Below are positions 1-13,650 of a DNA stretch of 64,000 bases, piece by piece (position 1 is the first letter of the stretch; each line of letters opens with the position of its first letter). The notes under the pieces were generated by a model, which saw only the letters and a list, made by a program, of their open reading frames with translations, had not been told where the DNA came from and did no database searches. The stretch spans positions 1,054,001 to 1,118,000 of the forward strand of contig NW_025765403.1 in assembly GCF_003918875.1 (NCBI RefSeq). Reading direction: 5' to 3'. A program made the position numbers and the translations under genes. The DNA comes from Haliotis rubra (taxonomy: Eukaryota).

Positions 1-351
1 GTAGAAGCATTTTGAGAATCAGGAAGAAAAGTATTTCCACATTAAATGATGTTATATGATTATTGCTGAAGAGTATCAATGGACAAACGGCCAAGTTATA
101 GATCGAATATAATCATTTTTAGCCATGACGATCGATTTGTGTAACGTTTCCAACATATATACATGAGTTTTACCGACTGGCGATTTGAATTTGTATCCAG
201 TTTGAAAGCCAAGCGATACGTCCCTTTCACTTGTACAGTATTAATGAAACAAGAAAAGAAAGAAACAAACAAATAAAACATAAACAACACAACGATGACT
301 AGATTATCGCGATCATAGTATTGTGGGTTTTTGGGGCTCATGTTTCCCTCA

Positions 352-540
352 TAGCAACACTCAGCACTATTCCAGCTTATGACGACGGTCTGCAAATATT
401 GTGTAGACAATCCAGCGATTGGCTTCATGACCATCGATCTGTTAGGGTATGATGACACGGATGATCCATGTCAGCGAGCCTGACCAACCAGTCTTTTTAG
501 TCGCCTCTAAGGGCAAGCATGGGTTGAGGAAGTTAGATCT
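352..540 (-). mobile_element. Degenerate Nin-domain-type SINE (family A)
   Basis: Aligns by eye to the copy at 11311-11554 (cactcagca.tattccagc...agacaatccag...tcagcgagcctgacca...ttagtcgcctct...caagcatgggtt). Confidence 0.7.
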
Positions 541-1183
541 TTATTGGTTTCATAGTTATGTGGCATCATTATCTACAATAAACACAAACATTTAGTTGTA
601 AACACCATGCTAATATAGGTATGTAAAAATAAGCTTCTAAATTTCAAATATATTATATGTATGTATTATGCATTTAGAACTAGTTTTAGTCACGATATGG
701 CTGAAATATTGCCGATGTGACTTTAAATCTTAATTCACTCTTGACGATAAATTTTAACTCACGCACTCACTCTTAACTCACTCGAGAAAAATGCCATTTC
801 ACAGATGTGTTATCAATCTGCTGCAATTTTGCGCTAAGAAATACACATTCTTTGCGGATCTGAGAGTAAACGTAATTGGTACATTACATTACTGCACTCA
901 CAAATCAGAAATCTAGTTATTGCTTGATCGTTACCTGGTATGATAGAACAATTGTCCCGCGGTATTGTAAACTGTTATTTTTTCCTGAAGGTTGAATTCC
1001 CTACAAACAGAACTGATCAACAAAATGTAAATACACTTCCCATATCTATCGAGACAGGTATAGATTTTGAACAAAGACAGGTACAAATAAATCCACGCAT
1101 ATTTTGTGGTTGATACTTAGCGGTATGAGACAGGGGAAAACATGCAGAGATTCGGGGTGAATATCTTGCAAATCTTAAAAGAC

Positions 1184-1438
1184 GAGGTGAAATGAGGTTT
1201 AACGTGACGAGTATTGCACTTATATGTCGACGGGCATAGTTACCATACTAATTCCGGTTTTATAGTGCTAGAGCACTGAGATGAGATACCGCAGTTTAAC
1301 ATAGATACCCAGCTCAGACACAGAGAATTTACCATTCCTCGTTTTATCGCCATGATAGTGCCAGGCAGGGAAACAGCAAGTACCACCGATCCCTCTTACT
1401 GAGCAGACGCTCTATCCACTAGTCGACAGAGTTGGACC
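1184..1438 (-). mobile_element. Degenerate V-domain tRNA-derived SINE
   Basis: Shares gaggtgaaat..ggtttaacg tail, ttttatagtgctag..cactgagat core and gccaggcaggga..agcaagtacca / gcagacgctcta head with the copy at 51767-52119. Confidence 0.65.
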
Positions 1439-1559
1439 GAAAACACTTAAAAAGCATCCCTATACATATAAATGGAGGTAATTGTATTCCGACCTTGGTA
1501 CTAGTGGATTGGGTGTTATTTCGACAAAATTTTCCAATATTCTTCCGATTGTCAACCGA

Positions 1560-1870
1560 CAGTGATGATACTTCAACATGACAACGCTGCACCTCAGAGA
1601 GCAGGTGTCACCGTTTATACGTCCTTTCTTCATTCAAACGTCAATGCCTTGTCACAGCCTTCCCTATCTCGGGATCTGAACCCAACAGGCATTTGATGAA
1701 CTTGACAGAAGTGTGAGTCGTCAACATACGCCACAAACACATGCACTCCTTGCCCAGGTGTTGCCGGAGGAATGGAGTGGGGAGGATTCAACAGGACAGA
1801 ATCCATAAACATTCAATCTGTTCCAAAGAGAAGTAGCAGACCAGAGATGGTGGTGACAATCGGTATTACC
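1560..1870 (+). pseudogene. Tc1/mariner transposase C-terminal fragment (decayed)
   Basis: Plus-strand translation ILQHDNAAPQRAGVT...NVNALSQPSLSRDLNP, then after a frameshift DELDRSVSRQHTPQTHALLAQVLPEEW. This matches the QxDNAxxH and SPDLNPIExLWDEL motifs. Confidence 0.8.
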
Positions 1871-4789
1871 ACTACGTCTACAGCAAATGTGACTATCACC
1901 GTTAGAAGGTTCATCCTTGTGTCAATGAAATTAAATGTAATAAGTACATGTGAGTTTTTGTTCTTCAAGAGTATGTATGTATGTATAAACGTCAGATGTA
2001 GTGTCAAAGATAAATAATGGCATTGAGTGGAAAGGCGAATATTTTATGAATAAATCTCAGAGATGAAACCAGGATGCTCGCGAAAAGGGTCAACATTTAC
2101 GAATATCAAAGAATTCAAATATAAGGTTTATGACAAGGGCAAACGTGACGAGAATCCTAAGCGCGAAACAGCTTATACCCACCTTGTAATTCTGCTAACC
2201 TTAACGATAAACAAAGGACAAACATGTCAAATACGTCGGCGTGACGAGCGAACGCTTCAACTACAAGGCTAGCCCGCCTTCCCTCACTTCTTGTGTAGTG
2301 TTCTACACTGAATGTTGATATTGCTGATTAAAGGCTTGGATCCGAGGAAAAAATACATCCCTTGGTCACAATCCATAACGATCTACTACGCGATCTCCTG
2401 TGAAGAAGTATTCTCAAAATTAGGAAGGTAGGTTCTAAACACCTTCAAACTGAAATGTTGCTGCTGTCTAAACACAAAAGAAATTATGACACAAATCCAC
2501 ACGGAAAGAGTTCCTGAGTAATGCATATGAAAATAGATACGAAGAAAGTAACTCGGTTCTAGGTGTGGAATCAAATGTCAACGATGGCGTCTTGCTGTTG
2601 AGGGATTCCATATTGTCAGTCTAGGTATTTGCGAAGAGCCCATCCGTGACTAAGCAAATTAAAACTGCTATATGGAATGTGTGCAGTGAACATATATACA
2701 ATCAGCTGACTACTATAATAGTTGCAACATGGTATTATACGCATCCCACGAAACAACAATGCATCAATGATATTCAGAATATACAGTTAATAATAACAGA
2801 TATGTTTACATTACATTACATATGTTTACATTAACCTGGTTACAGAACTGTTCTGGAAGATACCGCACCTATATCCCACAGGACAAGGACAAGACCGTTT
2901 CTACAGTCAGGGCTGCTAACCATATTTCTTCCTTATGACATCAGTTTGTTTTAGCATGATGCAAAACGTCTTGTCATTCAACTTTTGAATAATATTCCGA
3001 ACTCGAAACCCTTTAATTTCTAACAACAATTACAAAATTACTTCCTTCGTGTGAGTTTACAGGAGGACAAATGTTCCTTCTCAAATGAACACACACTAAG
3101 GAAAGTGTAACTCTTATCATTCGGTGTCCCCGCTGTCAACGATGAAATACGCATATATACGTCTATAATGCTTCAATACATCATTTCACAAACATTTTTT
3201 TTAATAAAACAATTAATAGAAGTTCGAAATATTAAAACGGAGAGTTACTACATTTATTTTGCATATAATAATATTATCTTAGTCGAGGTTAAAGTGAAAA
3301 ATCCTCTTCTTTATAAAATTAAGCTGGAAGTTTATGAAGCTTACCCGGAACTTTTATCGATTGTTTCGATTTGGTAAACCCAAACCCAAGCAATATACAA
3401 GCTGCTTATGTCATGTCAAAGAAGACCGTTGTCTTCTGAAGATAGAAACAAATTACGAGAATCTTCTTAGAGGACATAAAACACTGATATCTCCAAAATC
3501 AACCCATAGAAAAATACAAGTGGGCGACCAGCGAGATTAGTTTGTCTCACTGTAATAAAAATGAACTTCTGCATTCAAATAAAAGAATAGAGAACATAGC
3601 GGTGATTCGTTCTGAAAACATCGAACATGAACGATGTTATTTTGTGTGTGATTATGTTCACGTTATCATGATTGTTTTTAAGAACAAAGGTAGCTTAAGT
3701 TTTAAATACATAAATGTGTATACAAACCAAATACTTTTTTTATCATCATGCAAAATTCAGGCTGAATTGAAACCTCATTGTAGGATGATAATTGCAGCAT
3801 AAGCATATGTTTGCCAATCACCATTAAATAGTGACGGTACTGGATGTAGTTAGCCCTGTTAAAATGTCACGCCGAGGCCCTCATATATAATGGCGTCTTG
3901 GTCAGGCAAACTAATATTTTACAAAATGAACACACATGCACAGTGAAAGGTTATACTCATTAACACGCACCTTATTTCAATAAACACACTTGGAGATAAC
4001 ATTGTGGCAGCCGTACGTAGGTATTTATGCAGCATGCCAAAGTAAGGTTATTGCACACATTGTTCATCAACTGGCTAAAGGGACATTACATGACAAACAG
4101 TATATGTCTTGTCGTTTGTTGTCCTTATGAATATTATGAATATTATGAATAATATCACCAGCTACAACCGAGAAAACATGATTATATTTACGGCATACTC
4201 ATGATCTGTCGATAATCTCATTACTTCTGTCTGACATTTACCTTAATGCCACCCAGAGTGTCAGATATGATTCTTTCTTCTTGTGCTTGCTGATGAGCGA
4301 ATGAACATCCTTTAGGTTTCGGCTAATGATTAATGTGCTGTTTTGTTTTGTTGGAAGGTGCAGAATTCAATATCGCCAAATTGTCCCATGCAAATGGAAT
4401 AACATCACAAGGTCAAAGCAACGTCTCTACATTTGTACAAATCAGCTCACAAACTTTGAATACCACTGGCGCCTTTTGTCGGAGGTACTCCCACGAGGGA
4501 ATGGAAGTAAACCCTTGATTGTCATTTTATAGAGCTTGTCTGCAATTCTCAAGGTAATTTACATATTTGGCAATCTCACAATCTTCCTTTTTGGATTATA
4601 AAACAATACAAGTGACAGCATTTACTTTGTCATTTCATGAACTTACACCCAAATCGATATTTATCAGTTTTACATATTTCCATAGGTATTAGAAACTCAG
4701 TCACCACATAGAACGCCTTTATCTTGCTAATGTCACTGATAACAAAGTTGTGACAAAAATCAAATATTAAATCACCAACAAACAACAGC

Positions 4790-4975
4790 ATGATTACACA
4801 ATGCCGTTTGAGAAAGTGGTCAAATGTAACATTATGTTATATTTGGGATTACACTTTCTTATTAGGTGCCTTACTCTGAGGGTGTGGGTTCGAATCCGGC
4901 ATGGGCCTCAACCCTACAAAGTACTAGAATTTGTACTTAACTAGGAAAGTGTAATCCCAAATATAACATATGTTA
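4790..4975. mobile_element. Short non-autonomous Penelope-like/retrozyme-like insertion with inverted end and tRNA-like B-box
   Basis: Inverted repeat atgttatatttgggattacactttc / gaaagtgtaatcccaaatataacatatg and internal ggttcgaatcc. Flanked by aacaacagcat / aagaacagcat. Same family as 42289-42913. Absent from the paralogous X site near 32500. Confidence 0.7.
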
Positions 4976-7344
4976 AAGAACAGCATATTTTTTTCAGCGC
5001 AATCAAACTGCAATCTCGTTTCAAATACAAAGAGGATGATCCCTTACAACATCTATAAAAATCAATACTTTCATTTAATTTTCATGTATACTCAGAAGCG
5101 TTTACTTAACAAGCCAATGCCGTTTTTCAGCAATGGATTTCAATGGTGCGTGGTTAATTTCCAGTGGCTCTCAACGATAGAGAATATGTCCCTATTTGAT
5201 CATAGCTGTTGAATGAGCAGACCTATCAGAAGAGTTGTTAATGTGTGACCTGCTGATTGTGTCGTACTGCGCCCAATGACGTGAAGAGCATCTCATGCAA
5301 ACAAGCTCTGCAGACAGCCAGGTGAGTTTGTCGCCTGTGGTGCTCTCCTTGAAATATGGCTAGCTTTTCCTTGACTCTTACAGGTCGCTGAAATATTGTT
5401 GGCCATGACGTCCGTGTTTATTTCACTCTTTCAAAACAAACAGCAATACACCGTGATAGATGGATGGGTGGCTTGGTGGACGGAATAAAGAGGAAGAAGA
5501 GTATACTTGAATAACAACGCTTCGTTCCAGGTGTACGTGTAGATGCCAGGACAGTTTTTCAGCACAATAGTATATAGCTTATTCAATGATTTAGTCAAGA
5601 AGCCAACTTTATAACTATGTAGATATGGAATATGGGTTTTTGTGTATATGCTACATTGAGACTTGTATTCTGCAACAGGCAATTGATATAATGATGTTGT
5701 TTTACTTTTTTTAAATATATATTGACATTTGTACATCACTGTTACATTACAGATTCTATTTTATATGCCTTTAAAATATGAGCGGGATTTTTTCATTCCT
5801 ATTATATCCCAGAGATACTTGACACAGGATACAATTTGCCCATTGCCACAGTCTATACTGATCGGGGTCAGGCCAGTTAATACGTGATATATCTTAGAAA
5901 CACGTTTAAACTCTAAATTCAATAGAGTTTTGTTCAACAAGTTTGCACATGCTTCACAATGTAAAGACCGTGCAAATTACATCTCACATCAGGCATAGAA
6001 GTAATGCGTAATCTTTGATAACGTGGTTAGACGTGGGTACCAAGAGGGTATTCGTTATCTTGTGTACTAATAGCTCCCGTTAGTTGATTTCTACTCACGT
6101 AGGCATTGCTCATTAGTTTACATAATTACACATATGCAGAAAGGTGAACAAAAAACTCACTTTTTGTCATTCAGCTCACAGTCAATCTATACCATACCAC
6201 ATAAATCGAGGAGCTGCCTGACATAAATAACAGTTCAACCAAAGTCCCTTACAAACCCAATATATCTTTCATTCTAGAAATAGTTTAATGATAAATCCTT
6301 CTTACAGCAGATGTATTTAATTCGATATCAATACAATAATATTGTCACGTGACACAAAAACGTTGACGGAGTGACGCTGTACTTTGCCGTTGGACAAACA
6401 ATCATTCCTACTTTTGCTATTGAAGAGTTTGAAACACTTGGGGGCTGCGTAACATCAGCATTGGTGTGCTTGCTCAGAGGAGTACATCATAGGCATTTTG
6501 TGCAGCTAATAAAATAGGCTGTTTTACCCGGGGTTAGGGAATTAATGCTTCGGAGAAGGGTCGGTATAATTATTCGTCCTTGAGGTGTTTCTATTTCCTA
6601 TAAAAACGCGATGGTGGATTCTCGATGAATGTGTATAGACGAAAGCAAGCGTTACGTGTAACTGGATTACTGGTGGCATTTGGATCTCGTTATTCTATTG
6701 GAAGTGACTCGAAGGGTGTTTTTGCGTTTTTGAAAGCTTACGGGATCGAGCTGCTTGTCTGCCTAACATGTGTAAACCGCGTGAAAGGTGTGTATAGACT
6801 GTATATGTGTTACGTACCTATTTCACAACGCCAATGCGTTTATCTCTCTCTGACAGGATATAGCCATAGAGTACTGCAACAGGTGTTGGAATGTTTAATG
6901 ATCCACGTTGACCGTTCTAATACTTACATGTATACTTGATATGAAATAGTTAGAACAGGTCGTTTGAAGGGCAGCTGTCTGTGTTTAGATATACTTTGAC
7001 ATTAGTCTAAACTATATTGCCATTGTACGAAATTTTAATTATGAATTTAGTCTTTCCTGACTAAAGTGCGTGACAGTGGGCCTCCATCTGATGTTAAGAC
7101 TTCGTGCCATAATATACATGAAAGCCTGTTAAAAGAAACGTAGTTCCGATCCACACTGTCATATACACAATATAACACTCACATTTGTCTTGACGTATTT
7201 TATTTGACATGCTTTATTATCCTTGGATTTGTTTCAACATTCAAACAAGTCAGCATGTATTGTTTTGAAACTTCATCTCTTTTCGAATGAACAGGTAACT
7301 GTCGCCGCTGTGTCTATTCCGCAATTCTATGACACGTTACATGA

Positions 7345-8364
7345 TGTCACAGCAGTTATGGCAGCAATCCTTTTTTCCAGTCTAAACATAATAACGTTTT
7401 GTGTGGTAATATGTGCCCTTTTCACATTATTTTAAGATACACTCAATTATTAATCCTGTCATGTACAAGTTCGTCGAAGTAACTTATTTTAGCTTACCTG
7501 AAAGTTTCTGTTTGCTATTTTGAATACATTTACGTCCTCTGTATTTAAACTCAACCATCGACCACAGCACATGCCAGAATATAATCAGTGTATTACAATG
7601 CCTTATTAAGCTACATATTTATACACTTGTACTACTATTGCTGCGATCTGGTGTAAAAACTCCAGGCAAACCTATTCGAAATTGGATGATTGGAGTCAAG
7701 AAATGACTCATCTGTTAAATATATACTGTTTTCCAAAGGACATAACATTTTGTCATTTAAGGTGGATTTACGTTACTCTTATTTTTGTGGACTCTGCAAA
7801 ATGAACAGCATGCGCTAGTCCGGGTATCTTTGTTTCTGGAGGCAACGATTAAGTAATTTATTGTTCTTAAGGTGTCATGGCAGCAATCCGTTTTCCCAGT
7901 ATAAACATAATTACATTTTGTGTGGCAATATGTGCCCTTTTCACATCATTTTAAGTTACACTAAATTTTTCCCCTATCACTGGCAAATGTTATGTACAAG
8001 GTCGTCGAAGCATATTACAAGTCGAGGTTTACGTCCTCTGTATTTAGACTCAACCATTGACCGCCCAGAATATAATCAGTGTTTTACAATGCATAATTAA
8101 GCCACATGAATATATATATACATCAACGGACTACTATGGCAAAAACAAAAATCCAGGCAAACTTATTCGAACTTGGAGGTTTGGAATCAAGAAATGTCTC
8201 ATCTGTTGAATAGATTCACTTTTCCAAAGGACATAACATTTCTTCATTTTGAGGTGGTTTGGCATTACTCATATCTTGGGGACATTGCAAAACGAACAGC
8301 ATGCGCTAGTCCGGGTATCTTCGTTTCTGGAGGCAACCATTAGTAACTTATTGTTTTTAAGGTG
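7345..8364. repeat. Tandem duplication of ~500 bp within block V (two diverged units)
   Basis: atggcagcaatcc...aacagcatgcgctagtccgggtatct..gtttctggaggcaac...ttaaggtg occurs twice, ending ~7873 and ~8364. It is single in copy 2 (37555-37982). Confidence 0.85.
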
Positions 8365-8399
8365 CGACACAAACAACTTCGCGAAAAAATGCTAGGGTC

Positions 8400-9286
8400 A
8401 TCGTGTCATGAAAGTGGATGCTTTCCTCTAAATGTGATTACTAACGTACAATGTATTAGCTTCTGGATTAGAATTTTAAGAATGCCAGCACATCTCCTAC
8501 CCAAACTTGCTTTTAACATGCTATTGCACTATGATAATCTTGGTAAAGTCACATGGGCTTCTCATATACGTATCTTACTTTTCTCTCCTGGTTTTGGATA
8601 TATATGGCTGTCACAATCTGTGGAAAATGTAAGATATTTATCAACGTTTGATTGATAACTTTCGGCAGGACCTGATGTCTACTTTGAGTGACAGTTCACG
8701 TTATGCCTCATATGTCTATTTTAAAGATACCTTAGAACCTGAACAATATTTATCCTGTCTTCAAGCTAAATGAAGGTAGAAAACATGCTTTAGAAAAGTC
8801 TTTACGATTATGCCCTTTGTGTAGTTGAAGATGAATTCAATTTTACATTTTTTGTGTCCAACAGTTAAGTTTACGAATAAAATGTCTTGGCGAAGATTAT
8901 TGTCCTCGTCATTTCAGTTATACCGTTTTCGCTAATCTCTTGGTTACAAAAAAAATGAAGCAAATCTGTCTGGTCTTGCATTGTATATATATCACGTATT
9001 GACACCAAGAAATTATATTGTATGATTATTCTACCAACATACTAAATGTTAATATCCATGTATTAAATAACTGAACTGAATAAATAACGGCATTCATTGC
9101 AATAAAGAAGTTGACTATCCATACAAATCAGTTTTCCTTCATCTTCACGACTTCTAAAATGCCTCTCAAAGAAACTGAATGAATGGTTACAACAGAATGA
9201 ATATGTTTACATATTGTAATTAGGATTTGTTTATAGGCCAATGGCCTTTCATGCAATAAACGCTTTGACTTTTAGGACTTGACTTG
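8400..9286 (+). mobile_element. 5'-truncated, decayed RTE-X-like LINE 3' fragment
   Basis: Translation ESGCFPL..CISFWIRIL..LPKLAFNML..WASHIRILL..GFGYIW..FKDTLEPEQYL..RLCPLC..EDEF resembles the C-terminal region of RTE-X/CR1-Zenon ORF2. It ends in aataaa and a (gactt)n tail. Confidence 0.7.
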
Positions 9287-11310
9287 TTTAAGTCATGTTT
9301 GTTATTATGAGTTGTTTTCACTATCAGATTATGTACACGATATTGACATTTGGTTGAATTTGGACTAAAACTCATGAATTGACAAAGATGTATTAACGCC
9401 AGTGTACAGCAGAGTTAATCAACTGAGAAACGCATACACCGCACACTTCTTTCCAAATCTTCCAATAGTTTTTTTTTTTCTAAATCGAATTACAGCACGA
9501 TAATTCCAAAATCAAGTTATCGCTTGAAATGCTTCTTGTGATCTCAAACCAACTGCCCTGCGGTAATGCAAAATGTCACATTGTTCCTGCAGGTTTAACT
9601 ATTTACAAAAGTTAGGCTGAATAATCTAATCCTATTACCGATTCCCTAAATCCATCCAGATGTTTGAATTTACCAAAAATAACATAGACATTTGCCACTG
9701 GCGACACAAACAACTTCGTGAAAAAATGCTAGGGTCAAGCAACAGAAAATGTTGTTGACACACAGCATACTGCAATATTCTGTCAAAGTTCATTTAAGTA
9801 TCGATCTTCATAGAGTGAGAACCAAACTGGACAAACAACATTAAACACTTCCAGTAGTTTTAGTTCAGTATCCTTTGTCGTTTTCGTGGGGAAGAAACGT
9901 CATGAAACCAAAAAATTTTCAAAAATTCTTCCACAAGCATAGTTGATTTGAAATTGCAAAATGATCTTAAACAGTTTTACTTTCTTAAGTCATGGTGGGG
10001 AATCATTACAATATCATGCAATAGTTAGTGTCATGTGTCTCATATTCAGTGTCCTGAAAACGTATGAATGTCGAAATTGATGAAGTACATTGTGCATGGT
10101 TAGACACAGGTACACCAACTGCACGTAAATATAAAATGAAATATCGATTTTTTAAAGATGTGGGACAAGTAATTGAATATTTTCTTCACGTGTTGCTTGT
10201 GGTGGTGTATTATCTGTAGCGCGAGTGCGAAATGTATCTGCCTGAACCATCGCGGATTGACAATGCTGTTTTTTGTCTGACATTTTCCCTTTCAGTCTAA
10301 CAGTATTTTTTTCTGTCAATCAATGTTCTTTTTTGTTAAATATCAATAACTGTAGTAACATCTGTCTATATATGTATGTATCCGACACTCATAAGATATG
10401 AAGACACACATCGTTACACCAATGACACGAACTTCACTTGTAATTTGCTGTGTGTTGCATTGATCTTTGATCTTTGTGAATGACACCGAATAAGTCGGAA
10501 ACGGGCGTAAATGTCTTGCACAACAAAATATGATCTGTCGCGATTTTACCCCTGAAAGATTATGGCTCAGGTGCTCACATGAAGATTAATCTCACTGGAC
10601 AAAACCGTGAGAATATGGTGATCATAACAGCCAACGCATGGTCTCCCGATAAAGTCCTAAATTCTGTCTGGCCTTTGCCTAAATACCATCACGACTGTTA
10701 CATATGATTCTTTCTTCTCGTGCGTGCTGATCAGCAAATAATGCTGTGTTTGATATTAAGTTAACTCAGAAGTGGTTGCTGCTGTAGACTTCTTCAATGT
10801 GATCAATGTTTTGTGTACGTTTTGCCAAGCCCAAAATTAAGTAAGAATCAAGCATCATCGCTCATGTTGACCATATACATGGCAGTGCAGCAGAATGATG
10901 ATGTCATTGCACGAGCATCAGTGCTGTCCATCTAGAAGCTATACCAATCTGTTAACAGTGTACCATTAAAGCCTCGCCTTCTGAATCTCAGTTACTGTCT
11001 ACACCAAGCTTGGGTTGGAATCTTAAATTTTCGTACCTCTTGACGTTGTTGTGAGAGACGTTTATTTTCAACAAGTTTGGCGTCATGCAAAACCTTTTTA
11101 CGGTTAAGCAAATGTGTCCTTATGAAGCCTAAGTGGACTATAATAGATACCAAAGAAGTATTCATAAACAAAATTATCGACCATAATGATGTTGCTGAGC
11201 GAAGTCCCCAACATACAGCAGATGAAGTAGTTACCTAAAAGTGACTGGTTCGAATTTAATACGTGTGTACTTGTACTCGAACCTAACAAACTGTACTACA
11301 ATATCCAATT

Positions 11311-11554
11311 GAGTTAAGTGAGTTTAGTTTTACGCCGCACTCAGCAATATTCCAGCTATATGGCGGCGGTTTGTAAATAATCGAATCTGGACCAGACAAT
11401 CCAGTGATCAACAGCATGAACATCGATCTGCGCAATTGGGAACCGATGAAATGTGTCAACCAAGTCAGCGAGCCTGACCACGCTAATCCCGTTAGTCGCC
11501 TCTTACGACAAGCATTGGTTACTGAAGGTTCATTCTAACCCGGACCTTCACGGG
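11311..11554 (-). mobile_element. Nin-domain-type SINE (family A, haliotid-like)
   Basis: Reverse complement starts cccgtgaaggtccgggttagaa, contains tgcttgtcgtaagaggcgactaa (Nin/Deu core) and ends gctggaatattgctgagtgcggcgtaaaactaaactcac. Confidence 0.85.
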
Positions 11555-13269
11555 TAGAACACCAATGTAGGGGTTTTCGGATTTCATGTATGTTTGGAAT
11601 GCATGTTGATTTAGCTCAGTGCGTGACTACAAATATTCAAAACAGGATTATTGTCCAGCAGTCTAAAGCCTGTATTTAGACAAATCACAACAATACCTCC
11701 AGGAATGATGGATTAGGTGTCCCTTCTATAATTTTCTATAACGAATCACGTATGGTGCTCTGTCACACCGTACAAGGTGATGTGGACCATCAACATGTGA
11801 CTATCATGATCAATACCATACTTCTTAGCATGTGCTCGAACCCAGTACGAACGACACTACGCTGGTTCTAGAATGTCCGACTGATGCTTCTAATAGTTGT
11901 CGCTGCAGCCATCAAAATTATTTTGTAGCAAGGAATGATATAATCTGATGGCCTTCAGCTGAAGGCTTCACTGGTCACTGGTTTGCATTATCATGTTTGC
12001 ATTATTACATTGGTCATGTACACTCTCTCTCTCTCTCCGTTTATGACCCTTCCAGCTAATTCCTTGTGCCACAGCTGATTTTCAGTGACTCATTCTCATT
12101 CCCTTCTCAGATAGTTTAGTTCATAGAACAAAGATCCCACCAACGCCACCGTGTGTCAAACAGGGTGCTGTATTGTTCCCTTCAGTATTGATGACAAGAG
12201 TACTAAGGCTGTCTCAGACAACTCATATACTCTGATTCAACATGCTATAGCGAGTCAACTGGTGCTTTCCACTACTAAAACATGTCTCCTTAATAATCAA
12301 GCCTAGGTATTATCAGAGATTGCCACACGTTTTCCGGTAATACAAAATGGAAACTGACTATTTATGATCCAAACATGATGTCATTGTTTTTCATAGTCTC
12401 CATTGTTTGAAGTGTCCCAGTCACCTTGTATTCAAAAACCTTATTTCTGGAAACTGTTAATAAGACAGTTATGCCTTGGCCAGGTTTGTTCAAAATCCAG
12501 GCTAATCCGCATCCCTTTGAATATTTTGACCAGTGAGGAACCTTGTGTAGCTCACGTTCAGCAGACAGCGATAACGCTCACCAGTCATCGACATTAGTTT
12601 GAGTGATCATGCTATTCCATGCAGGGTTAAACTAACGCAGGTTCCGCTCTTCTACTCCCGTTGTGGTTAGCATGCGGTCCCCCACATGGATAATCTGTGC
12701 AGACGAGAGTGATCATCCGGGTCAGAGTTCAAAACGTGATGTAGGTTTCGATCAGGCTGCCGGGATGGGGGCGATATTTCACCTCGGCGCGCTGATAGGT
12801 GTATCGATCGGTGGTAAAGTTTCTGCTTCTACTTCTGACAAGTAATCCCTTTTTTTGAAGTAAAACACAGAATCGGTTGTGCCACTTTTGGCAGTGACTG
12901 TGGAATTGGATATGTTGGTTTTGAGACAAGAAAGTTTCTCAGTGGTATGTTAGTTTCTTAGATATCAAAAGAGAGCCGTCCGTGCGAATATTAACTCATG
13001 AGGCTCTAACATTAGGAGGCGGTCGTATATTTCACTCTTAACTATATTACGATGGGAGATCACTCAAGGATCAGATTCAGTATACACACCCTCTAACTAC
13101 GATTTTAGTCTCAGGCATAATTAGGAGAGTGTACGCCAGGACAGCGCAAGAATATACTGTATGTTGTCGTGAGATGTATGTCATGGGACCGACAAATAAA
13201 TAGATGAAACTCTTTCCTGTGACAAACATGAATTGTCGTGTCTTGAGTCGGGGGTTCGTTGTCTAGATA

Positions 13270-13650
13270 GTGATTGATAGTGCTAATTAACTCGGGTTAT
13301 GATGACTCGTATGAACCGAGCAATTGAACCTGACCACCAGAGCAAGCGCCCCTCGCCGCATCATTACACGAACCCCACCAAGAGTCACCGCAACCGACCA
13401 CCCGAGTAAATGAGTGCAACCACCCGACTAAACGAGCCCAAAAGCATGAGTAACCGAGAGCCGCTACCCGGGTAACCAAGCCGGGTCCTTCCGAGGATCC
13501 GAACCCGTACACCCGAGTAACCGAAGAAAACCACGCAAGTAAGTGAGCCAAATCACCCTAGTAACCGTACACAACCAGCCAAGTAACCGAACACGACTAG
13601 CAGAGTAACTGAGTGCAACCACCCGACTAACTGAGGCAGACCACCCGAAT
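13270..13650. repeat. Degenerate ~22-bp tandem repeat (accacccgagtaaccgagcgca-like), probably subterminal repeats of a MULE-like DNA transposon
   Basis: Repeated acccgagtaac/accacccga units. A related unit (ccgaccacccaagtaagcgag) lies at ~41143, next to the FLYWCH fragment in the paralogous Y/W junction. Confidence 0.55.

Noticed and set aside
96-458. 120-aa minus-strand ORF
   Set aside because: Spans a degenerate SINE and low-complexity sequence, with no domain.
4340-4400. Minus-strand FAWDNLAILNSAPSNKTKQH resembling the WDNxDxxEETxSGxxTxH motif of some large DNA transposases
   Set aside because: Other X copies read FAQDN..LNSAPANK, and the key D, EET and G residues are absent in all copies.
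4350-4553. Possible plus-strand exon ending in AAG|GTAATT
   Set aside because: The donor is not conserved in paralogs (aagagctaatt at ~31907 and ~34691) and the frames contain stops.
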